Of a stretch of 64,000 nt of DNA, positions 28,497 through 37,681 are shown in pieces. The DNA lies in NCBI GenBank assembly GCA_050179035.1, contig JBFXFM010000021.1, positions 12 through 64,011 on the forward strand, written 5' to 3'. The notes under the pieces are model-generated. The model ran no database searches. It had not been told where the DNA came from and saw nothing but the letters and a program-made list of their open reading frames with translations. Position 1 is the stretch's first letter. Each line of letters starts with the position of its first letter. Made by a program: the position numbers and the translations under genes. Source of the DNA: Draconibacterium sp. (lineage in GTDB: Bacteria; Bacteroidota; Bacteroidia; Bacteroidales; Prolixibacteraceae).

Positions 28497-28628
28497 TAAA
28501 AGGTACTTCGTAAATATTTTGCCAGGTTGTTTGCTAATGATTACAGCATAAACAATAATCGTATTCGGAATTTTAAGACCTGATGAAATTTTAGCACCAA
28601 AGAACGTTAAACTCTTGACCGTAATTAA

Positions 28629-29189
28629 CTATTTTGTTAAATCATCTAAACTGGTGGATTCGTATTCGTTGCGGTTGTTTTTCATGGCTAATGTTCCCTG
28701 TGCCGACCACATGGAAATTCCGTCTTTTATATTGCCTTTCATATAACATTTGCCTGTAATTCCGTCAAGTTTTCCAAGCCCTCCGTTGATATACATCTCA
28801 CCAAAAAAAGATTCTCTTTTGACATCATATACAATAATGCCGTTAAAAAAATAACAGTCACCGTTTTCACCGGTAATTGTTCCTTCAATGCTTTCGTAAA
28901 TTTTCCGGCCATTAGATTTTGGGTCCCATTGCCAATGCCAGATTTTAAACGGGCTTTCTTCAGGAATGATATTTCCCATCAAATTGCAATACCCTTTAAT
29001 TGTACCAGATGCAGGTAATCCGCACTCAAGCAGATTTGTAGTATCGGGTATTGTTTCAAACCTTGCAGCATGACTTTCCGGGTACTCTTCTGTGGCTTTA
29101 CACAGATCGTTGTAACTGATCATTCTATGATTGATTGAGCAGCCACCTGCCAATAAAACGGCAAAAATTAGAGGAATCAGATTTTTCAT
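28629..29189 (-). CDS. Hypothetical lipoprotein, possibly allene-oxide-cyclase/dirigent-like barrel
   Basis: Lipobox AGGC; INGGLGKLDGITG resembles the I.GGTG.F.GA.G barrel motif. Confidence 0.6.
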   Translation of the reverse strand: MKNLIPLIFAVLLAGGCSINHRMISYNDLCKATEEYPESHAARFETIPDTTNLLECGLPASGTIKGYCNLMGNIIPEESPFKIWHWQWDPKSNGRKIYESIEGTITGENGDCYFFNGIIVYDVKRESFFGEMYINGGLGKLDGITGKCYMKGNIKDGISMWSAQGTLAMKNNRNEYESTSLDDLTK

Positions 29190-29397
29190 AGCAATCATTT
29201 TTGTTGTTAATAATTTGAATTAAAGAACCTTGTTGTTTTTTAATCAAATTTCCAACAAAACGGCAGGCACTACATAGAAGCTATTCTCCGGATGATTACA
29301 GGGATTGATATTTGATTGAAAAATTTGTGCAGCGATTAAAATTATTGCGCAAAGCGGAGTTTTTTTAAGAATGATGAAAGTTATTCTTATGTAATAA

Positions 29398-31452
29398 TTA
29401 AAGCGTATCCTGCTCCTCCAGCCATTTTCCAACCCGGTCGTGTTCGGCCTGAAATCCAGCTTCGATATGCTTTATTATTGCCTGAAACCTTGGTTCATTT
29501 CTGATGCTGTCAAAAAGTGGGTCTTCCTTAATGAGATAAGTCCACCACTTGCCAAATACTTTCTTTTTATATAATTCCTCAAGATATTTGTATGCATTTT
29601 CTTTATCACCTTGAAAGGCATAAACTGCGGCAAGATCGCAGTAATCCAGCATTCGACCTGCATTTATCCTGCTCTTTTCAATACTTTCCAGGCTAATTTT
29701 TTTTTGAAGATTAAAATAGTAATTGGCCTTTTCGATTTTACCAACTTTCCAACAAGTATAACCAACAATTCGCGCACTATGAAAAGGAATTTCATTATCT
29801 TCTTCCAGAAGCGAAACAAATTTCATGGCATAATCATATGCTTCCTCGAATCGTTGTGAATTGATACAGGAATTAATTAAATCCACACTAATATTTCTCT
29901 TTTGACCAGATTCATAAATCCTTTTATTAATCTGATACCAAATCTCAGTATTTTCAGCTATCCATGCCTTAAAAATCAATAACGATAAAGAATCTCCATC
30001 AAGTTTTAATTTTTCCTGGAAATAATGTTCTGCCTGTTCATAGTGACCAACCAACCAAAAGGAATACCCTATTTCCCATAATAAATTAGGAAAATCTTTG
30101 CCATGATATCGTTTTGCGCATTCAAACAAATTGTAAAGACCCTCAACATGATCATCCTGTAATTCCCTGTGTATATAAGCCAGATTACGAAATGCATATT
30201 GGTAGTTTGGGTTGTATTTAATCGCTTTATTAAATTCTTTTATGGCTAACTCGTATTTACCCAATTGATTATATCGAACCCCTTTTAATACATATGCTTC
30301 TGAGCATTTATCGTCAAAACTTAGTGCCTTGTTTGCAAGAATTAACGCAGAATCCATAAAATCTTCAGAAAAGTAAGTTTTCCAGAAATTTTTATTAAGG
30401 TTTATTTTTGCCAATCCTATATAAGCTAAAGCAATTGTTGAATCCAATTCTATCGCCTTTTGAAAAAGATACCATGCTTTTTCCATTGAAAGCGAGTCTG
30501 GGCTATCATCAAGAATATCATTCCCTCTTTGGTAATAATCATAAGCTGTCAGGTTTATTGTGGGTACTTTTCGGATGAGTTGCATTTCTTCGGGTGTTAT
30601 TGCAGCTTGTAACTTATCGGCGACTGTCTCAGCAATATCGCTTTGAAGTGAAAAAATATCCTCCCAGTTCCTGTCGTAATTATCCGACCAAACATGTGTT
30701 TCATCTTTGGTGCGAATCAACTGTACAATTAATCGTATTTGATTCTCTTCTTTCTGAAAGCTACCTTCTAAAAGATATGCAACATCCTGTTCTCGACCTA
30801 TAGTAACGGCAGTTTTGTCACTATTCCTGTATTGCTCAACAGATGTCCGGGAAATAACGCGAAGGTCTTTGATTTTTGACAAATTCAGAAGAATGGCATC
30901 CATCATTCCATCTGCCAAATATTGATTTAGTGTATCATTACTCAGGTATTTAAACGGAAGCAAGGCTATCGATTTGTCCTTGATATTATCTTTTATAATG
31001 CTTTTTAATAAAAAAAAAGTCGATGGAATAAGAATAACCAGAATAGCCGCAATCCCGAAATAAATCTTTGAACGGGTTTGTTTTTTTGGGATTGTTTTAA
31101 CCAGCTGCTCAGCAGGTTTTTCTTCCGGTTCCAGATTTCTCAGTTCACCAGGAGCTACCCCAAAATATTCATGAAAGCATTTATTGAAATAGGTGGGACT
31201 TCCAAAGCCAACTCTGTACGAAATTTCAGCTACTGTCAGTTCTTCATTCTGCAATAACTCTTTGGCTTTTTTAAGTCTGATTTCGCGGATAAACTGGCTG
31301 GCATTTTGGTTGGTTATTGTGTTTAGTTTGCGGTTCAGGTTCGAGTGGCTCATACCGGCTGCCTTGGCCAGTTCTTCCGGACCAAAACCCTCGTTGGCCA
31401 GATTGGCTTCAACAAAAATGGTAAGCTTTTGTATCAAGGCATTTGGCTCCAT
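29398..31452 (-). CDS. Transmembrane AraC-type regulator (HTH + TM + TolB-N-like + TPR)
   Basis: 684 aa; AraC HTH (ISYRVGFGSPTYFNKCFHEYFG), TM, SIALLPF..GMMDAIL..LSKIKDLRVISRTS, TPRs. Confidence 0.88.
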   Translation of the reverse strand: MEPNALIQKLTIFVEANLANEGFGPEELAKAAGMSHSNLNRKLNTITNQNASQFIREIRLKKAKELLQNEELTVAEISYRVGFGSPTYFNKCFHEYFGVAPGELRNLEPEEKPAEQLVKTIPKKQTRSKIYFGIAAILVILIPSTFFLLKSIIKDNIKDKSIALLPFKYLSNDTLNQYLADGMMDAILLNLSKIKDLRVISRTSVEQYRNSDKTAVTIGREQDVAYLLEGSFQKEENQIRLIVQLIRTKDETHVWSDNYDRNWEDIFSLQSDIAETVADKLQAAITPEEMQLIRKVPTINLTAYDYYQRGNDILDDSPDSLSMEKAWYLFQKAIELDSTIALAYIGLAKINLNKNFWKTYFSEDFMDSALILANKALSFDDKCSEAYVLKGVRYNQLGKYELAIKEFNKAIKYNPNYQYAFRNLAYIHRELQDDHVEGLYNLFECAKRYHGKDFPNLLWEIGYSFWLVGHYEQAEHYFQEKLKLDGDSLSLLIFKAWIAENTEIWYQINKRIYESGQKRNISVDLINSCINSQRFEEAYDYAMKFVSLLEEDNEIPFHSARIVGYTCWKVGKIEKANYYFNLQKKISLESIEKSRINAGRMLDYCDLAAVYAFQGDKENAYKYLEELYKKKVFGKWWTYLIKEDPLFDSIRNEPRFQAIIKHIEAGFQAEHDRVGKWLEEQDTL

Positions 31453-31590
31453 TTACAATTAGCTTTGTTAGTCTATTGTTAATCAAACTATTAAAGGTAC
31501 AAATTTTTTATTTAAACACAACGGAGTCTAATTTTTTCTGAAGGCAAACTTCTGTAAAGTAATTTCGGTTGAATGTATAAGGAAATGGAC

Positions 31591-31637
31591 ATCAAAAAAA
31601 ACAGCGGAACCTTTTTTGATTCCGCTGTTTTTTTGAT
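31591..31637. terminator. Bidirectional-type terminator ending the DUF47-PiT operon
   Basis: ATCAAAAAAAACAGCGGAA..TTCCGCTGTTTTTTTGAT. Confidence 0.85.
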
Positions 31638-31651
31638 ATTATGGTAACAAG

Positions 31652-32713
31652 TTAAATTCCCATTGCATGAAGTGCCAGATAAACAAGCCCGGCAATCAGC
31701 ATACTCACTGGGATGGTCAGAATCCAGGCTACCAGCAGGTTCGACGCAACTCCCCAACGAACTGCCGAAAGACGTTTTGTCATACCCACACCCATAATTG
31801 AACCGGCAATGGTATGCGTTGTACTCACCGGAATTCCTAATCCTTGCGAAACACCAAAAAGTGTGATTGCACCGGCAGTTTCGGCAGCAACTCCTTCAAC
31901 CGGGGTCACTTTTGTGATTTTTGTGCCCATGGTTTTTACAATACGCCAGCCTCCCATCATTGTTCCCAACGAAATGGCTGCATAACACGAAATAGGAATC
32001 CATGCAGGTACATGTAAATGTTTTTTCCCGGCAGCATCAATGGTTTCCGATACATGTGCCCAATCAGGGATTGGTAATCCATCGATATTCAATTGGGCTA
32101 CATAAACAAGCATGGCCGCACTAATGATACCCACAACTTTCTGCGAGTCGCTGCCACCGTGCCCTAAACTGAATGCGCCGGATGATACAAGCTGTAATCG
32201 CTTGAACCATTTATTGGAATGGTGCGGGTTAGCCCGTCTGAAAGCCCACAAAATAACAATTGTTAACAGGTACGAGATAATCATACCAATTATTGGTGCC
32301 AGAAAAATAAAACCGATGGTTTTAAATATTACGGCCTGGTTAATCACTGTAAAAGTTCCGGTGTGTGCAACTGCTGCACCGGCAAAACCGCCTATAAGTG
32401 TATGCGACGAAGAAGATGGAATTCCAAAATACCAGGTGAGCAGGTTCCAGATAATGGCAGCAATAATACCTGCAAGAATAACCTGTAAGTTGATGACACC
32501 GCCGTCAACAGTTTTTGCAACTGTGTTTGCCACTTTCAGGTCGAAAATCCAATAGGCCATAAAGTTGAAAAAGGCTGCCCAGATCACGGCGGGCAGGGGA
32601 GCCAGAACTTTGGTGGAAACAACAGTGGCAATTGAGTTGGCTGCGTCATGAAAACCATTGATGAGGTCGAACACAAATGCCAAAACTATGATGATAATTA
32701 GCAATGTAAGCAT
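31652..32713 (-). CDS. Inorganic phosphate transporter (PiT family)
   Basis: NGFHDAANSIAT, GIPSSSSH, SLGHGGSDSQK, GIPVSTTH. Confidence 0.95.
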   Translation of the reverse strand: MLTLLIIIIVLAFVFDLINGFHDAANSIATVVSTKVLAPLPAVIWAAFFNFMAYWIFDLKVANTVAKTVDGGVINLQVILAGIIAAIIWNLLTWYFGIPSSSSHTLIGGFAGAAVAHTGTFTVINQAVIFKTIGFIFLAPIIGMIISYLLTIVILWAFRRANPHHSNKWFKRLQLVSSGAFSLGHGGSDSQKVVGIISAAMLVYVAQLNIDGLPIPDWAHVSETIDAAGKKHLHVPAWIPISCYAAISLGTMMGGWRIVKTMGTKITKVTPVEGVAAETAGAITLFGVSQGLGIPVSTTHTIAGSIMGVGMTKRLSAVRWGVASNLLVAWILTIPVSMLIAGLVYLALHAMGI

Positions 32714-32753
32714 AATCAGAATTTATTATTTCTAAACTTTTTGCTGAATAACA

Positions 32754-33407
32754 TCAGGCATATTTAACCAGAATGGTTTTCACCACATCGGCAACGTCTT
32801 CAATTTTGTTGGCAATTTTTTCAAAATTCAGCAGAATTTCCTTTTGCTTTATCAATTCAATCGGGTCTTTTTCGTTTTCAAAAAGCCCCGAAATAGCTTT
32901 GTGGTAAAGTTCATCCACGCGGCTTTCCATTTTGTGAATTTCTTTACAGGTTTTTAAAACCTTGTCAGCCTTTTTTGTGTCGTCCAATCCGCCTACAGCT
33001 ACTTTTATCAATTGGCTGCCCTGAGATATTTGTGTAGCCATTTCTTTCATAAAGCTGCTGAAGTTATTACAACGGTAAATTTCAATTTTACCCGAAGTTC
33101 CATAAATCAGGTCAACCACATCGTCGATGGTTGAAGTTAACTCATGAATATCTTCCCTATCGAAAGGGGTTATAAATGAACGATTTAACTCATCAAATAT
33201 CTTGTTAGTAAACTCATCGCCTTTTTTCTCGATGGCTTTAATTGTCAACCCAACTGTTAAACGCTCCTCGAGTGTTGGTGCATTAATCAGTTTTTCGAGT
33301 GCGGCCGATGCTTCAATTGTGTTTTCGGCTGCCTGGTTAAACATGGCATAAAATTTTTTCTCTTTCGGGGTAAAATACTTAAGTAAACCTGAAATATCCA
33401 TATGCAA
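32754..33407 (-). CDS. DUF47 (PhoU-like) phosphate transport regulator
   Basis: IEKKGD, FITPFDREDI, LDD.VD, ME..VD, IEDVAD. Confidence 0.93.
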   Translation of the reverse strand: MHMDISGLLKYFTPKEKKFYAMFNQAAENTIEASAALEKLINAPTLEERLTVGLTIKAIEKKGDEFTNKIFDELNRSFITPFDREDIHELTSTIDDVVDLIYGTSGKIEIYRCNNFSSFMKEMATQISQGSQLIKVAVGGLDDTKKADKVLKTCKEIHKMESRVDELYHKAISGLFENEKDPIELIKQKEILLNFEKIANKIEDVADVVKTILVKYA

Positions 33408-33642
33408 TTAATTTAGTCTGTTTTTGTCGATAAATCTGAACCCTGCTTATAATTTGCAGATAGCGTTATTTTTTACCGGCGCAAAAATGCAAATAAAATT
33501 GATTGTTGAAATATTTTTTTAACAAAGTTTACGCATTGTTAATCAGCGCTTAATGTGTTTTGATGCAATAGGTATAAAACAAAACAGCCGCTGCAGTTAC
33601 TGCGCGGCTTATTGTGTTTTCAATCCGTAATTATTGGTTATT

Positions 33643-33993
33643 TTATTTCGAGTTTTCCATTTTAATTTTAAGTTCGGTTTCTTTTGCATTAAGCGAAAGA
33701 ACCTGGGTAGCCGGTTTATATGAAATGTAACTTGTAACTACCTTGTACTCGCCTGGCTTCACCCCATTGAATGCAAAGTTTCCATCAAAGTCGGTGTAGG
33801 TTTTCAGGTCGGTACCTTCAATTTTTACTTCAACACCAGCTAGTGATTCGCCTGAGATTGCATCGGCAATTGAGCCTGCAAGAACAACAGTAGCTGCGTT
33901 ATCAACACTTGCCGGAGCTTTAGTTTCGTTTTCTTTGGCAGAAACTGCGATGGTGAGAACCAGTGCCAACATGCTAAAAATTATCTTTTTCAT
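33643..33993 (-). CDS. Stand-alone CarboxypepD_reg-like (TBDR N-terminal-extension) domain protein
   Basis: Signal peptide; GSIADAISGESLAGVEVKIEGT..TYTDFDGNF..SYISY; likely start 33993. Confidence 0.85.
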   Translation of the reverse strand: MKKIIFSMLALVLTIAVSAKENETKAPASVDNAATVVLAGSIADAISGESLAGVEVKIEGTDLKTYTDFDGNFAFNGVKPGEYKVVTSYISYKPATQVLSLNAKETELKIKMENSK

Positions 33994-34022
33994 TGCTTTA
34001 ATTTTTCTTCCATTATGCAACG

Positions 34023-34080
34023 TAAAAGTATGCCTACACTATTAAACCAGAATTACAGAAATATTACAGTTTTATTACAT
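34023..34080 (-). promoter_or_regulatory. Candidate Pho box (4 repeats, 11-bp period) + -7 element
   Basis: Plus strand from 34041: ATTAAACCAGA ATTACAGAAAT ATTACAGTTTT ATTACAT (TTA at 34042/53/64/75); TACTTTTA on the minus strand at 34023-34030. Confidence 0.7.
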
Positions 34081-34550
34081 TATTTTTCTTCTACATATTT
34101 TCGTTCGCTGATGAGATTTCCCAAGTCATCGTATTTTTTCCAGGTGCCGCTTTTTTCTCCATTAGTGTATTCAAGCTCATACAAAAGAACTCCGCTGTCA
34201 TTCCAGATTTTCCAATGGCCGTGTTTCTGGCCGTCCTTGTACCCTGCAACAGAAACTTTAATATTTTTATTGTTGTACATTTCCCAGGTTCCATCCATCA
34301 GGTTGTTTTTATATGAACGGATTTCGTTTATCTGGCCATTTTCGAAGTAGATTTTTACAACGCCCTCTTTTTTACCTTCAGTAATTTTCATTTCCATTTT
34401 TACCTGACCATTTTCGTAACTGGTTTTGTAGGTACCGGTGTATAGCGAATTGTTGAGGTAAAATAATCCGTCGGTTTCTTTTATATCTTGTGCATCGACC
34501 AGCGAAACCGCTAATAAAATAAGGCCAATTACGAATACAAATTTTTTCAT
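34080..34550 (-). CDS. Exported MORN-repeat (YwqK-like) protein
   Basis: Signal peptide; repeated G..K.YYENGQ / G.W..Y...G motifs; likely start 34550. Confidence 0.85.
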   Translation of the reverse strand: MKKFVFVIGLILLAVSLVDAQDIKETDGLFYLNNSLYTGTYKTSYENGQVKMEMKITEGKKEGVVKIYFENGQINEIRSYKNNLMDGTWEMYNNKNIKVSVAGYKDGQKHGHWKIWNDSGVLLYELEYTNGEKSGTWKKYDDLGNLISERKYVEEK

Positions 34551-34610
34551 TTTTTCATTTTTTTCGTATAACAAAGTAAACGTATTTTTTGAATTTAAGG
34601 TTTTAAAATA

Positions 34611-34638
34611 AGGCTCCGGGCAAAGTTGCCCGGAACCT
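34611..34638 (-). terminator. Hairpin downstream of TBDR-1
   Basis: AGGCTCCGGGCAA-AG-TTGCCCGGAACCT. Confidence 0.65.
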
Positions 34639-34676
34639 TCAAGCTGGTAAAAATCACCAACCTGTCATCACTAATT

Positions 34677-37601
34677 TTAATTTATCCTGTATGATAATGA
34701 GACGGTGTAGGTACGTCCCAGTTCGTATTGCTGGTATAAATAATCGTTGTTGTTGTATTTAACAGCTTTTTTAAATGCCGAATCGAGGATGTTGTTTACT
34801 TTAAATCCGAGGGTAAAATTGCGTAATACAGTTTTTGTAATGTTAAAATTCATCATTCCTTCGGTCGATTCATAAATGTCGGGTGTATCAATATTTGTCT
34901 CGGTCATCCGATCGCCAAATTTGTTGTAATCGAGTGTCGAGTTTAACCCTATTTCGGAATTTGAGTAGCTTAAATTTACATTTACAAGGTATGGCGACTG
35001 GCCAGGGAATGGTCTGGTTTTTTTAACCTCCCAGCCGTTGTTGGCAGCAGTTTCCTGTTCAAATTTGTTCACATCAACTTTCGAATCGATGAATGAAAAA
35101 TTGAGACCAAAACTAAAATCACGCAAACCATCAGCAATAAAATCGAGGTTTTTACGCGCTTCTAATTCAATTCCGGCAAGCTTACCTGTTTCGGAATTCT
35201 GATATTGAATTTGAGGATTTGGAACTTCGATAAGGTATTGCAGTACAATGGGGTTACTAAATTGTTTGTAATATGCGCTAACCGCAAACAACTCGCCAGG
35301 CCTTACAAACCATTCCCAACGGAGGTCGTAATTATTGATTTCGGTTCGTTTAAGGTTTGGGTTACCATTGTAAATTACACCACCAATAAAGTCGAACGAA
35401 GCAAAAGGCGCAAGTTCCCGCAGGTTGGGACGGGCAATGGTTTTACTGGCCGATGCTCTTACATTCATCGTTTCGGATAGTGCAAACACCAGGTTTACCG
35501 AGGGCAGCAGGTCTTTTTCATCAATTTCTCCTTCATAGTCGGCCAGATTCTCATCCGGAATGTATGAGAGCGCCACTACTTTTTCTCTGGGTTGCAGTTT
35601 CACTGACATGTAGGTGGTTTCGTAACGGGCTCCTACAATTGCCTTGAATTTTGGAGTGAAGTTGTAGGTTACCATTGCATACAAGGCATTAATATCGGTG
35701 GTTCCGAGATAATTGTTCTGATGTTTGGTTTGGTTGTACAAATAGTTGCCAATAATGTTTCTGTCTCTGGAATCAACTCCGATTATCCCTGTATTTGCAG
35801 GTCCGAAGTATTGATCTGAATTTCCGCCATAAGAAGTTCCTTTGTCGCGTTCGTACTGGTAAATGGTTTCAAAGAAATTACGCTCTTTGGTTGAATAAAG
35901 TCCGCCAAGCTTTATTTTGTTTGAACTGTTTTTTGATTGAAGAAATGGAATTGTGATGTCAATTTTTCCCTGTAACTGTTCGTCTTTTAATTCGCGCCAG
36001 AAATGAAAAGGCATATCGTATTCAGCCCTCGACATATAATATCCTGTGGTGTCATTATTTTCATCAAGTCGGTATGAGTTGGCGAAAAGCCGCATATCGG
36101 GTTCGTATTGTTTTGAAACGATTTTACTCCCACTGTAATCAATGCGGGTATTGTTCAGTCCCACGAAATTATGGTGTCCACTGATTTTGCCCATCTGCAT
36201 TTCGCGTTCGGTAAAACTCAGTGAGCGGGTTTGGAAGCGGGTATCGCCCGAAAGTGCAGCGGGGAAAACCCCATCCTGAAAACGTGCTGACTTCTCTGCA
36301 TCGTGGTTGTATGAATAGTTGATTTCAACTGAACCATTGTTGCTGTATTTAAAAGCCAATGTTGAAAGCCCGGTAATTTGCGGATTCTCGGTGGCTTTGG
36401 TGTCGTTCAGTATATAGTTTTCGCCCAATGCTTCAGCTCCGGCCTGAACAAGTTCCCAGTTGGCCGAAACGCCATCGCGGTAGTACGAAAAATTGCGGCG
36501 GTAATTTACACCCATAACAAAACCAATTTGTTTGTTGCGAAATACCTGCCATTGGTTACCAATTGAAAAAGCCACTTTCTGGTCGAGTGGGGCTGTCATT
36601 TCGGAGGGTGACATTTGAGAATTTACCGAACGGGCTGCATCATGGAGCAATGCTGCTTCATTTGGATATTTATCGCCCTGACGTGCTTTAATGTAGAGGT
36701 TTGTTGTTAACTCCCCGCCTCTGTCAACCAAAATACCCGGAATGTTGCGATATCCTTTGTCGTATCCAAGCCAATCGGTATTCGAACCCTGATAGGTTAA
36801 AAAGTCATTGTTAAAAGTTGATTGGTCGTTGTAGGCAGTGGAGATTTCAAAATTAAGCGTGAATTGTTCGGGGAAAGCTTTGGTTTTGATGTTCACATTT
36901 CCGCCGGTAAACGAACCAGGTAAGTCGGGAGTAAAAGTTTTTGAGGTGATAATGTTTTCGAGCAGGTTAGCAGGAATCAGGTCGAGGTCAGCAGAATTTT
37001 TATACGGATCAGTTCCGGGCAACTGCTGACCGTCCATTTGTACGCTTGAATAACGGTCGCCGAGTCCGCGAACAAATATGTCTTTGCCATTCATTACCGA
37101 AACGCCGGTAACTTTTATCATCGATTCGGCAGCATTCGAGCTTCCGAATCTTTTCATCTCAATCGAAGAAATCCCATCCTGTATTCCTTCAGCTTTTTTT
37201 TGCATGCTTAAAATGGCATTTTCGCTGTTGGTTAATTGTTTGGCCGTAATGGTAACTTCTGCAATTTCTTCAGTAGCTGGTGCCAACTGAATATTCATAA
37301 CTGTTACATCGCCGGGTTTTACTTCAATCCCTGAAATAGTTTGTGGTGCATACGAGATGTAACTAAAAACAAGAGTTACCATTCCTGAGGGCAGGTTTGG
37401 CAAGGTAAAATTACCATCGAAATCGGTAATTGTACCCGTTGTGGTTCCTTCAATAATAATGTTTACACCAATTAGGGTTTCCCCCGATTTTGCATCTGTA
37501 ATGGTGCCTCGAACAGTTCCTTTGTCTTGCGAAAATATGTTTTGTGATGACAGAAAGATGAAGAAAAGGATACTGAGAATTTTTACCAACTGTGTTTTCA
37601 T
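34677..37601 (-). CDS. TonB-dependent receptor (TBDR-1), no adjacent SusD
   Basis: 974 aa; signal, NTE domain, plug FVRGLGDRY..DLIPANLLENII..KTFTPDLPG.FTGGNVNIKT; C-terminal SLSYRIN. Confidence 0.95.
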   Translation of the reverse strand: MKTQLVKILSILFFIFLSSQNIFSQDKGTVRGTITDAKSGETLIGVNIIIEGTTTGTITDFDGNFTLPNLPSGMVTLVFSYISYAPQTISGIEVKPGDVTVMNIQLAPATEEIAEVTITAKQLTNSENAILSMQKKAEGIQDGISSIEMKRFGSSNAAESMIKVTGVSVMNGKDIFVRGLGDRYSSVQMDGQQLPGTDPYKNSADLDLIPANLLENIITSKTFTPDLPGSFTGGNVNIKTKAFPEQFTLNFEISTAYNDQSTFNNDFLTYQGSNTDWLGYDKGYRNIPGILVDRGGELTTNLYIKARQGDKYPNEAALLHDAARSVNSQMSPSEMTAPLDQKVAFSIGNQWQVFRNKQIGFVMGVNYRRNFSYYRDGVSANWELVQAGAEALGENYILNDTKATENPQITGLSTLAFKYSNNGSVEINYSYNHDAEKSARFQDGVFPAALSGDTRFQTRSLSFTEREMQMGKISGHHNFVGLNNTRIDYSGSKIVSKQYEPDMRLFANSYRLDENNDTTGYYMSRAEYDMPFHFWRELKDEQLQGKIDITIPFLQSKNSSNKIKLGGLYSTKERNFFETIYQYERDKGTSYGGNSDQYFGPANTGIIGVDSRDRNIIGNYLYNQTKHQNNYLGTTDINALYAMVTYNFTPKFKAIVGARYETTYMSVKLQPREKVVALSYIPDENLADYEGEIDEKDLLPSVNLVFALSETMNVRASASKTIARPNLRELAPFASFDFIGGVIYNGNPNLKRTEINNYDLRWEWFVRPGELFAVSAYYKQFSNPIVLQYLIEVPNPQIQYQNSETGKLAGIELEARKNLDFIADGLRDFSFGLNFSFIDSKVDVNKFEQETAANNGWEVKKTRPFPGQSPYLVNVNLSYSNSEIGLNSTLDYNKFGDRMTETNIDTPDIYESTEGMMNFNITKTVLRNFTLGFKVNNILDSAFKKAVKYNNNDYLYQQYELGRTYTVSLSYRIN

Positions 37602-37627
37602 TAATTAATTATTTGTTAGTACTTAAA

Positions 37628-37666
37628 AAAAATACCCCCGGAGTATTTTACTCCGGGGGAAATTTT
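37628..37666 (-). terminator. Intra-operon hairpin between T9SS protein 1 and TBDR-1
   Basis: CCCCCGGAGTA-TTT-TACTCCGGGGG, flanked by an A-run and a T-run. Confidence 0.75.
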
Positions 37667-37681
37667 TATTTTATGTGTGAA

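Noticed and set aside
33506-33555. Pho box upstream of DUF47-PiT
   Set aside because: TTA half-sites at 33519/29/39/50 are spaced 10-10-11 and not at the 12-bp offset; suggestive but too degenerate to call.
34080-34550. Toxin-antitoxin system (YwqK label)
   Set aside because: The protein has a signal peptide and no cognate toxin nearby; the label reflects MORN repeats only.
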